From assembly GCA_051047955.1 (NCBI GenBank), contig JBPGPT010000033.1, forward strand, positions 124,001 through 167,939: a stretch of DNA of 43,939 nucleotides, read 5' to 3'. The stretch is from Cystobasidiomycetes sp. EMM_F5. Taxonomy: Eukaryota. The position numbers were made by a program, and so were the translations under genes. A model generated the notes under the pieces. That model had not been told where the DNA came from. It saw nothing but the letters and a program-made list of their open reading frames with translations, and did not search any database. Shown here piece by piece: positions 12,717 through 24,795 of this stretch; position 1 is the stretch's first letter; every line of letters starts with the position of its first letter.

Positions 12717-12923
12717 CCGTTTATACTATTCAGCCATTTGACACGGATAGCTTTCAGTCTTCATGCAAACGCAGTCTAGTGTCTTGAATGATGTTTATGC
12801 AGTCATTGCAGCGAATGTTGTGATCCACAAGTCCGAGTTGAAAACGATGGAGTTATTTCGGAGTTGCAATGGCATTGCTTTGGTTCGTTTCACCACTTGT
12901 TTCATTCAATACCACTGAAGCAA

Positions 12924-14348
12924 ATGTCGAAAGCGAACGGCCATGCGTCGCCCAAGCGCAACGCGCAGTCTCTTCCAGCGCAGATGTACCGCGACCTGAC
13001 GTCGCTCAGATGGATGGTCAACCCTGGTCAGGCTCGAGGCTTCACAAATTCAAACACCAAGATACTCGACACGCTGACCCGACCCTGTTTGCAGCCTCGT
13101 CAGCGCGGCTGCTCATACTCGCAGTGTCACTCCATGTAGCATGCACCGCTCTCGGTGTCGCCAAATACTCCAGCGCCTTTCTGTCGATATCCTACCCGCT
13201 GCCGCTTCGGGCAGAAGACGCGTCAATTCAGCGTTACGGCAAAGGCCCGAAAGACTTGTGCTTCCTCGTATTCTATATCCTCGTATTCAGCTTGATAAGG
13301 CAGGGAGCTATACAATACTTTATCACTCCCCTCGCTCGACTAGGGGGCATATCCAACAAGAAGCTGGACCGCTTTAATGAACAGGGCTACGCGCTGCTCT
13401 ACTGGTCAGCATCAAGTATTGTTGGGCTGGTACGCTCTGCTCTCAAGCTTGCATAGGCGCAGCGCTGACCTTCCACCCATCCTAAAACAGTATGTCATGG
13501 CTCAGCAACCGACATGGTGGTACAACACTTCGGCCTTCTGGGTCGGCTATCCTCACTGGAGGATGGCTGGGGCTCTCAAGTGGTACTACCTCCTCCAATT
13601 TAGCTACTGGCTACAACAATTGCTTGTCCTCGTATTGCGACTAGAGAAGCCTCGCAGCGATTTCAAGGAACTTTGCCTGCATGTGAGACCGCATGTTTTG
13701 ATTGACACATGATTCTGGCGTGACGGTCCTGACTATCACGACGTGCACCAGCATATTGTTACTCTCTGGCTGATTGGCTGGAGTTGGGCTATCAACCTCA
13801 CATGCAAGTCGCGGCATCGATACATCCACCTGCCATCAAGGACGAGACTCACAATTTCCTCTTTGCAGACATTGGCGTCGCAATCTTCTTCAGCATGGAC
13901 ATTGCCGACGTCTTCCTAGCTGGTTCAAAGCTGCTCAACTACCTGCAGCTTCAGCGAACTTCGGAAGTCTCGTTTGCTGCTCTTCTCTGCGTATGGACAT
14001 ACTTCAGGCACTGGCAGAACCTTCGAATACTCTACTCTGTGTGGACAGAGTACGATGTCTTGGTACCAGAGGAGGCTCGCATCTTCGACTTGCCAAACGG
14101 CACGGCCCTCTGCTGGTGGATGAAGTACCAAGTATTCGCTCCCATACTCGCATTACAATTTCTCAATTTCTTCTGGTATGTCCTGATGTGGCGCATCGTT
14201 GTCCGGTACGCCTGCTTTCCCTATAATGAGACAACACACCTATGTCTGCTAAATCAACGAAAATACAATGGTTCTCCTTAATAGTATGCTCAATGGCAAT
14301 AATGCGACCGACGTGCGCGAAGAAGATGAGGACGACAAAGACGATTAG
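12924..14348 (+). CDS. Ceramide synthase (Lag1/Lac1, TLC domain)
   Basis: YGKGPKDLCF, KLDRFNEQGY, KWYYLLQFSYW, EKPRSDFKELCLH|HIVT Lag1 motif, MDIADVFLAGSKLLNY, acidic tail DVREEDEDDKDD*. Confidence 0.92.
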
Positions 14349-14414
14349 GTACCTTGACAAGCGCACTCTAAGTAGGCTTGATCAGAGAGCCAAGTCAGGA
14401 GCTACGACAATGGG

Positions 14415-15257
14415 TCATGCCCTGCTGCCTAGACGAGATAGAGTGTCTTCGCTCTGCTCCTGCTCTTCGACTGCGTCACTTTGTGCTATAGCTCGCAGGA
14501 CGCTCTTCTTGCTCGAATCTTGTACCTCGCCGGCAATAATGATCTCGTCGAGAATCTGGCAAAACAAGACAGCAAGAACGATCACGGACACGTCATATCT
14601 CAGAAGGCGAGTCCGCAAAGGTAGCGTGGGGTTCCATACCGTGTAAGCCTTCTGGAAATTGAAGATGCTGTTGGGCGTCAGAGCGGTCAGTATGAGGGAT
14701 ATATGTATGGATATTGTTTGGAAAGCATACAGATCGAGCTCGCAGACCTTTGCAATGGTTTCAGAGGCATTATCAGCTTGTATACCATGTAAGCTTGCAC
14801 CGACAGGTCGCCTTACGTTGCCAAAGTATTTGTCAAGCAACTCGACGTAGCGATGGATTATTTCCAGGGCGGCGAGTTCATTGTCCCCCGCAGAGATGCC
14901 AGTGACGAAGAAGAGAGACGCATACCGTCTATAAACGACCTTTGTGTCTTTATCCCAAGCCGCAAAAACGTCAGGTTGATTGAATGTCACCCCAGCCAGC
15001 AGTCGCGCGCTCAACTCACCCTTGTATTCGAGAAAGTTGCACATCCGGGTTCTGCGTGCCAGTACGAGCTGCGTAACATCCTTGACGACCTTTGCCTTCT
15101 GCTTGGCTGGCAGCGTTGAAAACCACTTGGCAAGCCGGACTTTGCCTTGACGCGACACCAGCAGGACGTAGTTTACCTGCGGACGGCGAGAGGACACAGT
15201 ATGAGTATGGAGTGCAACTGCATGGAGCGCGTCGAAAAGGTTACAGCGTACAGTCAT
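14415..15257 (-). CDS. APS1: AP-1 clathrin adaptor sigma subunit
   Basis: MT|VNYVLLVSRQGKVRLAKWF...RRTRMCNFLEYK|DTKVVYRRYASLFF...IHRYVELLDKYFGN|VCELDL|IFNFQKAYT|ILDEIIIAGE; five introns. Confidence 0.93.
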   Translation of the reverse strand: MTVRCNLFDALHAVALHTHTVSSRRPQVNYVLLVSRQGKVRLAKWFSTLPAKQKAKVVKDVTQLVLARRTRMCNFLEYKGELSARLLAGVTFNQPDVFAAWDKDTKVVYRRYASLFFVTGISAGDNELAALEIIHRYVELLDKYFGNVRRPVGASLHGIQADNASETIAKVCELDLYAFQTISIHISLILTALTPNSIFNFQKAYTVWNPTLPLRTRLLRYDVSVIVLAVLFCQILDEIIIAGEVQDSSKKSVLRAIAQSDAVEEQEQSEDTLSRLGSRA

Positions 15258-16191
15258 AAGATGCTGTTATTGCAGAGTCAAGCCGAGTCGTATCAAGCGA
15301 AGCTGTACGAAGTCATATTCGTCCAACTATCAGCCTCCCGGCTCGTAAAGATACTGTTACAACGGCCATAATCTGAACCTGCAGTGCTTCGAGCCGTGTC
15401 ATCATGAAGTGTTTAAATACACTTGTCTCTCGAGGAAACGACTGCGCCATTGCACAATCTTTTACGTAGCTCGTTGTGCATCAGGGTGGCTCGGCCGGGC
15501 CAATCGCCATAATTGTCGGCCGACTCGCAGCATCTGCCTGCCAATCAATGTAATTTTCATTCCAGCTGAAGCACTGCGACCCTTTCTGCACGTTCCACAC
15601 CGCGCGGCTTGTCGATATTGGGATAGCGTTCCCCTGTAGTAATGCCTTGATCTGAATAGAATCGGCAAACTAATCAGCTCTGGTAATACACTAACCGTTT
15701 ACATTTGCTCTTCTCACCGGCTGCGTGCGGGCATCGTCGCTCTTTGTGGTATTGACTGACGCCGCCGCTGCAAAGACAATGCCTTTCCGCCAGACAGAAT
15801 GATAAGGACTCCGTAGCTTGCGGTCCAGACACACCTAGCTGTCGTATGCTTTATCCAGCAAAGATGAAGCAAAGCAAACATGACGGGAAGTGCGAAGAGC
15901 TTGGTAGATGCGGTTGGTAAGCGCAGCAGTCTGACGAACGGGACTGCGAGCGTAAAGCCACAACTATCGCCAACAACGAAGAGGACAGGGCGATTAAGTG
16001 ATTCCGGCGTATTGGAAGAGTAGATTTTTGAATTGCCGGTAGAAGTAGACCTTACGCGACTCGAATTTGCGGCAGGCGGACGTTGTCACATCGCGCGCGC
16101 ATCCCACCCGAAGCGCAGTCCATTACGCGCTGACGTTGGACTACAGCGTACGTGTCTTCTGTGCGGCTACTCAGTGCGAGCCAGCATCCCC

Positions 16192-16743
16192 TCAAGCTTC
16201 TTGTTGTATCGTGAAGACGGGAGTGGCGCCTGTGCGACTTTGAGCCCACGAGACTTGAAACATCTTGCTTGTATATCCCTCAAATGCAGGGTTGGGCAAA
16301 ATACCCTTACACTCGATGCCTTGAATCGTGGCGGCTGGTCGACTTGCCGCGATTTCATCGTAATGCTCCAACGCCCCTACAGCATGGCACAGCAGGATGG
16401 GCGACCTACTGGACATTGCCCGGAGAACACTCTGGGCGGAAAAGCCAGCGTTTGACATGAGTATCGCCAGGGACGTGTGGGACTCGTTTCTCGAATAATA
16501 CGAGTGCGTACCCTCCAGCTCGCGGATAATGCGCGGTCCGAGTCGCTTCGATGTGTGTTTGCACTGCACGATAACATAAATGTTGCGTCCACCCAAGCGC
16601 CAGTGACCTTGGAGATCGACGCCATTGTCGTTTGCGCCGCCAACGCGCTCCGTGTCCATTCGCAAGAAGTGCTTCAGAAAGTTCCGGCAGGCATTCTCGT
16701 ATGCACGGCCTCGTGCAACAGTCGATAGCGCAGTCACGCTCAT
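16192..16743 (-). CDS. Rrg7/DUF2034-like PD-(D/E)xK restriction-endonuclease-fold protein, intronless
   Basis: GRAYE...RVGGANDNGVDLQGHW...VIVQCK...LGPRIIRELEG...GFS...A...S..PI, typical of the fungal Rrg7 family. Confidence 0.75.
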   Translation of the reverse strand: MSVTALSTVARGRAYENACRNFLKHFLRMDTERVGGANDNGVDLQGHWRLGGRNIYVIVQCKHTSKRLGPRIIRELEGTHSYYSRNESHTSLAILMSNAGFSAQSVLRAMSSRSPILLCHAVGALEHYDEIAASRPAATIQGIECKGILPNPAFEGYTSKMFQVSWAQSRTGATPVFTIQQEA

Positions 16744-17158
16744 GTCATAGTGACCTCGTTGCGACGAGAGAGGAGCTCATCTTTTCAGTGACAGCCAGAG
16801 CTGCCTGCACACCAAAGTACAAATTATAAAACGGAATACATAGAGTCTTCCATGGTCATTTTTCACGTTCTTACAGTGCAGGTTGATACGGTCTTGCGCC
16901 TCAGACATAATCATTGGAGCTTGAAAGACATGTAGACAACAAGATTCCGCCGCCAACAGTCGGTGGCCTCTCGCTTGCAAGGACCTGTAGCCGGTTTATG
17001 GCTATCACTTTTGAGTCTCAGACCGACCAAGTAGCCATAATGAGATGGCGACGTGCGCAAATCAGACGATTTATTCTGTATTACGAGATCTGCAAAGTCC
17101 GTAAGATGCGTTGCAGCTTCCTGGCGTTTTCAGTAGCCTATAACGGAAGGACAGCCTG

Positions 17159-19418
17159 TCAGTAAGGGTGCCTTAGACGTCTAGCGGCTGTACTCGCATC
17201 GCTCTCTACTGCCAGGGCTTTGGCAAGGTATAGATCTGCGAGAGCCAAGTCTCCTACAACGCGCATCTTGCGATGGGCAACGTGATGTTCGCCCATTTCG
17301 AAGGCTGCGAGGAGGTTGTACACTTGGACGAGGTCTTCTGAGTGAGCACCCTGGGACATTCGCACTGCCGTCAGCCAGAGTTTTCCGTACCCGCAACTGA
17401 AGCTTACTGCAGAGGTGTCGACTATCCGCATCCAATATACTGCCGCCTCGGAGAACAGTTGCATCGACAAACACTGGTCGCCAAGGCGTAACAGTACAGT
17501 GACGTCGTCCTGCTCAGCCAAAAGCTGTGCTCGCTTTAGACACTTGAGCGTTTCGTGAGGTCTAGCGCAAAAGCTCAATGATACATACAAACTCCGGAGA
17601 GGAACGACGTCGCACCTCGACAATTTGCTATAACTGTTTGCCAGAGCTTGCCACATTCGCATGTCAAATGGTCTGCAGAAGGAAATATGATATCGAAGCC
17701 GTGAGTTGCGCGAGAAGGCTCATCAAGGCAGCCCGACTGACCTGAGGCAAGCTGCTCTTTGAAAGTAGCGCAGAGAGTAGGTATGCATGCCCAGTATTTC
17801 GTATGCTTGTCCAAGCCCATACCAAGCTCGATAGTCCTTCCGGTCAATGTCTGACAACAAGCACGTCAGCGACGTTCGTGTACGCTCGACAATTGTAAGC
17901 TGCTACTCACCGCATGCATTACGATAAGCTTCGATGGCGGCATGAGTATTGGCCATCTCGACATACTCATGACCCATCAACGTCCATGCGGATAGGGCTC
18001 GACCGTCTAGTTTTATAGCGCGACGGAAATACGTAATCGCTTGGCCATGCTCTCCCCGTAGTGAATAAAAGTTACCTGGTTGAAGCGCAATTTCAGGCTC
18101 GCATGTGGTGCCGCATGACACGTCGAGTGCTTACCTATAAGACAGCAGGTTTCTGGCCGGTTTCTATCCACACGCATATAGTGATGTGCAAGTTGAGACA
18201 ATTTTGCTCTATTCCCCATCACGTAGAGTATATTGCTGTAAGTCTCCAGGTTATCCGTCCGACTTGGGTCCAGCTTGTAGATTTGATCAAATTGCGTCTC
18301 TGCTGCGTCAAAATCTGAATTATACGCATGGTTTAGCCGAAAGGCACTCATCCTGCGTAGCGCTGTCAGACATGCCTCTCAAGTGGTAGTCCAGGAGAGC
18401 GAGCTGTGCCATAAGATGGAGGCTTTCGGGGAAAACGCGTTGAAGGCTGTGTATACGGTCGCGAAGCGCCTCTGTCGCCCGGTGTACTTCGAGACTTGCG
18501 ACGATCTCAAAAATCTCCGTCATGAAGCTTGGTGGCAACTTGCTCATCACGGTATAAAGCTGGGTACAGGATCACGATAGACGGGTCAAATGTGCGCGCC
18601 ACAAGCTTACGCGTTTGCTGAAATACGCACCTCATCCTCTCCGTCGAGCAATTCAACGATTTTGAGCCAGGCAGACCAGTTGTAGGGAAAGAGGGATACC
18701 GACTGCACTAGCGATGTTATTGCTTCCGCTCTTTGGGACGTGACAGACAGTGCAAGCCCTCGCCTGATGAAGACATACACGAATCAGTCCTGCTAATATC
18801 GGGACTCTTGTCATGCGAGCTCTGACAGCAGTGCAGATTAAGCTCACAGATAGAGTAAGAATGCATCATTTGTGTCGCGGAGTTCGTAGACCATGCTCAG
18901 GATGGTGTCGGACTGGACATTCTTGCCTGACGAGGCTATAGTTATGCAGAGTATGCGACGTCAGCTGGGCGCGTCTGAGGAGTTTCTAGAGAATGCTTAC
19001 TGCATGCGTTGACTGTCTGCTACAGCCTACAAGGTGAGAGACTTTGCGCAAGTCCCGCGCTTTTCCCACAGGCTCACCAGGAAAGTGCAGTACAACCGCA
19101 GCCATGTGCACGTCGGATGCACCAGACCTTGCAATGAACGTGTGCACGCTTCGTACTCGCGCATATCGTAATACCTTTTGGCGAGATTGTAGGCGCGCTG
19201 ATCTGACGAGAGACTCCACTTCGTGCAAGTAATCTCCGGTATACGTTGTTCGTCTTCGTTGCCGCTCGAAGCGCAATGCAGTTCCGCCAACCTATCTCGA
19301 CGAATGCAGTGTCAGACCGCAAGTACGTATACGTTGGCGCACGCCCTTACCAGCGGGCAGCGAAGTGCAGACCACGGTCACATAGCTCCTGTACGGCTTC
19401 GCTCAGTGTGCGATCCAT
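17159..19418 (-). CDS. CDC23: Anaphase-promoting complex subunit 8 (TPR protein)
   Basis: [91 protein letters not shown]. Start codon uncertain. Confidence 0.9.
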
Positions 19419-19638
19419 GCTTTGCTAATGAAGCAAGATGCAGCTGAGAGCAAACCTGTGCATAGGTCGCAGCCGAATCTCTGAATGCAACCCGCGTGCC
19501 CACTTGCAGGCAGTCAAGCTGCATTCCGACTCGCTGTACGTGTATACTGAAGCTAGATGGTACAAATATGTCTTTCTCATAGGCTGAATGCAATTAGTAT
19601 CCAGTACTTCTGAGCCGTTTCCAGGGTCTTCCGTCATC

Positions 19639-20360
19639 TTAATACTTCCGATGCAGACCATTTGTCCTCAAGGCTGCTTCGATTACTCTTTGCGCCTTGG
19701 TATGCAGCTGATTCTCTTCCCGCTTCTCCACACCGCCACCATCAATAGCGGACGTAGACTTCCAGCACGCAATGGCTTTCTCTACGGCTTCAGCCAACTC
19801 TTCTGCATCGCTTTGCGGTACTTCAGACTGTTCTCCAATTCCATGCGAGAGCGTTACTCGATTAGCATTCTTGAAGACTCCAGCCTGTACAACATGAATT
19901 GGCTCACCGCATCAGATGGCTCGCCAATTGTCCCGCCACGCTTCCAAATACTATTTCTGCAGCATCAACTGCATCTTCAGCGCTGACCCAGTGCTAACAA
20001 AAGGCTTTGTCTGGAAGGCTGGCGGTCACTTACACGATAGCTCTGCTCGGACTTGCCCAGCGCTGCCTTCGCCTCATCTCCGAAAGATAGCACCTTTATG
20101 TGTGGTACAGTATCAACCATCAATGAGAGTATCAGTGCTGTGTAACAAGCTTACGCTACTTCGGATCCGCAGCGCTGGTAAAGGTCTCAGTTCTGCGTAC
20201 TGAAGAACCTGACAACTTCTCCCTTCTACCGTGGTAGCTCCCGAGCGTTTCGTTGCTTCAACTGCCGGTAGACGTCGAAAAGCAGATGCTGCTTGTGAAC
20301 ATCTCTTCGCTTAATCTAAACTGATCGATTGTTTGGTCCAACGGTCCAACGCGAAGCTGG
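19639..20360 (-). CDS. Orphan gene A copy 1 (hypothetical, possibly degraded); 5' structure unresolved
   Basis: Open frame AGVFKNANRV...DAEELAEAVEKAIACWKS...ENQLHTKAQRVIEAALRTNGLHRKY* (stop at 19639), homologous at protein level to 22.5-22.8 kb. An upstream block VGPLDQTIDQFRLSEE matches VEPFDLTINQIRLTED at ~23.2 kb. Confidence 0.45.
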
Positions 20361-20661
20361 CCGGAAACTCGGAAATCTCATCACTGCATGTACTAGGGGG
20401 TTGGCTTCGCTCCCGGCTGCGTACCACTCAAAAAAGCGTCGACCATTTCCAGAAGCAAAACGGAAGTGAGGGTGCGGGGGGAAGGCACAGCGTCGCTCCG
20501 CTTGAACTTCACTTCGCGTAGATCAATTACGCCATAAACACTGCGACACTTGTCGACGCCTACAGACTGTAATTCAATTCGAAATTGACAACCTGGCCGC
20601 GCCTACATCGAATCCCTCCGAATCGTGGTCTCGAGAAATTCGGTAGCACCGGGCTGCCGGG

Positions 20662-21563
20662 ATGAGTGAGTCTGCGTACGTCGTACGGGCTTTCTACGCA
20701 CGTCCAGTCAATGCAGTCCCCAAGAATGGTCGCTACGGCACCCCCCTTGATGCCACGTACTTCGCATGCCTGGATGTCCACGATCTCGAGGTATTGTTGA
20801 AACAGCAAGAGGGGCACGACGATGAGGAAACGGCAGTCAAGTGGTTCTTAAGCTGTCCCGTTCATGCATGGCAGTATCATGACCTCCTCGGCCCAGCCAT
20901 ACAAGACATACACGACATGTTGCCCGGCCGCGGTGGTCCATCTCAACAGGACTTTCGCGATTACTACATACCTCTGGCCACATTGACTCTGCCGAAAAAA
21001 GACTGGTCCGCGTTCCGTGACGAGGGCATCCCAATGATCAGCATCCTGCAGAATTATGTGAACCATTTCCTGCTCTCTGGCACATGCACACAACGTCTGG
21101 AAGCACTCAATCAGCTTCGCTTGCGCCTCCGGACCGAGTTCGGAATAAAAAATGGTGTGAACGCCACTTTTCTGACCTTCCGGACCGCAGGCTAAACGAG
21201 ATAGGCCAGGACTAAACCTTCGAGAAGCAGAATGGCGGCCCTACCCTGTCGATAATGCTGCATGTGGGCGGGTTTGTACGTACTCCAGTAGAAACGGTCC
21301 CCTGCCTTGCTAATGACTATCTTGTCCCAGCCGTTCATGCACTGAGACAAGCCATGACAGACTCACTTGACGCATCCGGAGAGCAACAGGTCGAGGATGG
21401 CGGCGGGTCGGTCGGATCATCTCGTTCTAGAAAATGGCTTTTGCGCTCGAGTTGGCTGCTTAAGACTGCTAAAAAAGTGGCACGGCCATCGCGCAATGTA
21501 TTGACTGTGCGTCCAAACATCTCCCTTACTGAGTTGAGATATTCTAACCAGATTCCTAAATAG
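20662..21563 (+). CDS. Orphan gene B copy 1 (hypothetical protein, 2-3 introns)
   Basis: MSESAYVVRAFYARP...DATYFACLDVHDLE...CPVHAWQYHDLLGP...DFRDYYIPLATLTLPK...|GLNLREAEWRPYPVDNAAC|...HALRQAM. Frame and intron positions are conserved with the paralog at 23369. No recognisable domain. Confidence 0.75.
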
Positions 21564-22388
21564 CCTGCCCGATCGAGCGCCTCGATGAAAAACTCTATTA
21601 CCAGCGGCAAGACTTGATGGGCCAAGACTTCTCCACTTGTATGTACGCGCAGAGTAATTCTGCATCTTGGGCCTCCGCTCTGAATGCATTGCGCGACAGT
21701 TCTATTATGCCATTTCGAGAGCTAGGCAACCATTCTGTTTTTCGTAGCCCATTCCTCTGTATTACATAGCGACACGCAACCTGTCAAACCGACGCATCTA
21801 CAAAATTGTCCTCTGGCCTCATTTTAAAATACTCCTGCCTCATTTTCAAGCGGTGTTCGTGATCCTCCTCGGCAAAAGCTCGTAGTCATGAACTATCATG
21901 CAGCTGGACTCGACTTCAGATCATTTGACAGCGAGTACCGAAGACTTCTTGCCCGCAGAGGCTGCTGACGGCAAATGAGCAGGTCAAACCCGCCTGCAGA
22001 TGACTGCATTAAGCATGGAGCTTGCAAAGCGAAAGGATTGCACGTACACCTAGCAGGTTCGCGGTCTCGGCCGTGTCCCGAGAATCCTTCTAACGTTGAC
22101 AGTCTACTAGGGTCCGCCTGTTCTGTCGGCACCCTCTCTCGCGGTACTTACTGCGACATTCCAGACTTACTGCCAAAGATGTCCGACCTTAGTGTCCGAT
22201 CTTACAGAGCATGCCATGCTCTGCGAACAACTCAGCGAAATACTGTCAATTTACATGCTGCGGCTTCTTGGATGCATCTTTCTGACAGGAGAAGTGTCAG
22301 GACTACACGGCTTGCCCTGACTACGGAGCTACCGACAGCTGGTCACGTTTCAGTCTGCAGGTTCCGGTTTGTGTTTGTGGCGCGGCTT

Positions 22389-23245
22389 TCACTCAAGTCT
22401 CACGTACTTAGTCTCCAATTTCTCATGATATTCGAGGTCATCCTGTCCGGTTACAATTGTTGCATATTTCGGACCTAGGGCGGCGTGCGCGGCGGCTCTG
22501 CTCAAACTATAGCCGGCTGGTGTGGTTTTTCCAGAATGCCAATGATCATGGAGATGTGCTTTCCTCAAAGCTGCCTCGATCACCTTTTGAGCTTTGGTCT
22601 CTAGCTGATTCTCTGTTACTTTCGTCTTTCGAACCCATCGAATCACGCAGAGACTTCCAGTACGTCACAGCATCTTCAATGGCTGCGACCAGCTCTTCTG
22701 TATCAGCATCGCCTTGTCCCGTTACAGACTATTCTCACACCCGTCAGCGTAGAATCCGACCAAATTCCTATGACTCCCGCCCCTACAGTAGTACGGTGAC
22801 TTTCCGTATTCGATGGCTCTTTGCGCTTCTTCGGGCCGAGCTGTCGAACTTTATGACTATCAATAATGATGCCTTAGCGCAGGGCACTACCACCGCCTTT
22901 CTACTATAATTCACAAGATACTCCTTGGCATTGACGAGCTGTGCTCTTCTCCTATTTCCGCGAGATCATCGCCTCTACCTTCAATACCGGTCAGCTCGTA
23001 CTTCAAAAGGTAAATATGATGAGAAGTGCTTACCTTGTTGCATGTCGTTGCCCACTACAATTCCGGTTGGATGAGCTGACGATGCTAGGGATTTGTGCAG
23101 CACTACATACCGTGGGATCCTGTGCGCTCTCAAGTGCTGCGGTCGTGGTCTAAAGAACCACCATTGTCTTGAACATCTTCCGTCAGCCTGATCTGATTGA
23201 TTGTTAGGTCAAACGGTTCGACGTTGCCCGACGAAAATTGCATCC
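22389..23245 (-). pseudogene. Orphan gene A copy 2, disrupted
   Basis: DTEELVAAIEDAVTYWKS, then a frameshift (37 nt versus 39 nt in copy 1) before ENQLETKAQKVIEAALR. In-frame TAG where copy 1 has CAG. Confidence 0.55.
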
Positions 23246-23368
23246 TGTAACTTACGTACAGTAACCGGCATTTGTCCCGGAACGACGAAGAGCCCGGGCC
23301 ACATCGATTTTCGAAACAGCGACCCCTCCCCATTCGGGACTTGCGAGTCCGGCTCGCAGCAGGCCAGG

Positions 23369-24334
23369 ATGAGTGAATCTGCATACGTCGTGCGGGCTTT
23401 CTATGCACGTCCGATCATGTCGACCGCAAAGACGGATTGCTGCGGTGCATCCCGTGATGCAACGTACTTCGCAAGTCTTGATATCTACGACCTCGAGGAG
23501 TTATTGAAACAGCAAGATGGTCGAGACGCTGAATAGACAGCTGTTCAGTGGTTTCTACACTGCCCTGTTCACGCGTGGCAGTATCACGATCTCCTAGGCC
23601 CGAAAATTCAAGACTTACACGAGGCGCTTCCCGGTCGCCCTTCGGCTATCGATTTTCGCGATTACTATATCCCGCTGGCCACATTGACGCTGCCAAAAGT
23701 AGAATGGTCTGCATACTGTGACAAGGGCGTCCCGATGATCGACACTCTAGGGGAGTACATGCACACTTTTCTGCGGGCGACTACGTGTACAGAACGTGTA
23801 TCTGCTCTCCACCAGCTTCGTATGCGCTTGCGGTCCGGTTTTGGTGCTGCAGACGGTGTTTACGTCTTTTACGTGGTTTTCGGACTGCGGCTGAAAGAGT
23901 GATCACAGAACTAAACCTTCGAGAAGCAGAATGGCGACCATATCCTGTGGACAATGCTGCTTGTGCATGGGTTTGTACGTGTGTCATTTTGGCTACAAAC
24001 GATAGGGTCTGCTCATTGCCTCTGGCATAGGTGTGAACACGTTAAGAGAGGCTATGTCTGAACCGCTGAAGGCTTCAGCTGTACGATTCACCGATCATCA
24101 AGGCGGGTCGCCAGATGAAGATCATTACGAGAAAAAGGTCTCTTCGATCTCTGGTTGGCTGCGCAAAACTGCAATCAGGATATCGTCGTCCAGACGATCG
24201 TCTCGCTCAATTTTGACAGTACGTTTGTGAGAAATGTGGCTCTGTTGCGAGAGGCCAAGTGGATCGTGACGCAGCCTGCCCGGTCTCACGCATCGCTGCA
24301 AAACTCTAGCAGCAGGCTTAAGGCTTGGTGCTGA
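23369..24334 (+). pseudogene. Orphan gene B copy 2 with one in-frame TAG (23534-23536)
   Basis: Identical N-terminus MSESAYVVRAFYARP; DAE*TAVQWFLHCPVHAWQYHDLLGP versus DEETAVKWFLSCPVHAWQYHDLLGP. The rest of the frame and the intron positions are retained. 3' end uncertain. Confidence 0.65.
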
Positions 24335-24795
24335 AGACTGCTCAGTATCCTGCGCCGTCTTATTTGTCATACAAGGACGACGACGCGGCATCCAGAACAC
24401 AGCGATACCATGCTAAGGCCTCTAGGCGCAGCATTCTAGTCTGGATATGTGCAATCAGAATCAGCTGACTTCAAATTGAGGCGCAAAGAGGAGAAAGGTG
24501 AGGAATACGCATACTCCTGATGCCGAACGTGATGTGACTTGGAATACTGATTGCTGTAATATTTGTAGGAGGCAATACTGAAGCATCACAGTCTAGATCC
24601 TGAAAGAGATAGGTGAGTATTCGCGCCAATGCAGTTCGGCCATGAACGTCAAGAATCGTTTGTAGGTAGGAGTCACTTAAGTGTGGGCAAAATGTATTCG
24701 TCAGGTCAACACAAATAGTGGGGGTTAGTTGCTCATATTACGTCTATCCTGAGCGCCGCATCACTTGGGCATCTGGCGAGCGCAAGCCTGCAGGC

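Larger units (their letters stand above)
19639..24334. repeat. Diverged direct tandem duplication of a ~2 kb cassette (unit 1 ~19640-21560, unit 2 ~22400-24330)
   Basis: Shared blocks in the same order and orientation, e.g. actaaaccttcgagaagcagaatggcg in both units, and ggatgagtgagtctgcgtacgtcgt versus ggatgagtgaatctgcatacgtcgt. Confidence 0.85.

Noticed and set aside
16192..16743. Horizontally acquired bacterial restriction endonuclease
   Set aside because: It is intronless with a PD-(D/E)xK-like motif, but the sequence pattern fits the widespread fungal Rrg7/DUF2034 family.
19639..21563. Divergent pair as HD1/HD2 homeodomain mating-type genes
   Set aside because: The head-to-head layout fits, but no homeodomain helix-3 motif (WFxNxR) is visible in either gene.
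19588..22909. Plus-strand ORFs 19588-19986, 21975-22478 and 22457-22909 as genes
   Set aside because: Protein-level similarity between the duplicated units is on the minus strand. These ORFs look like antisense shadows or chance frames.
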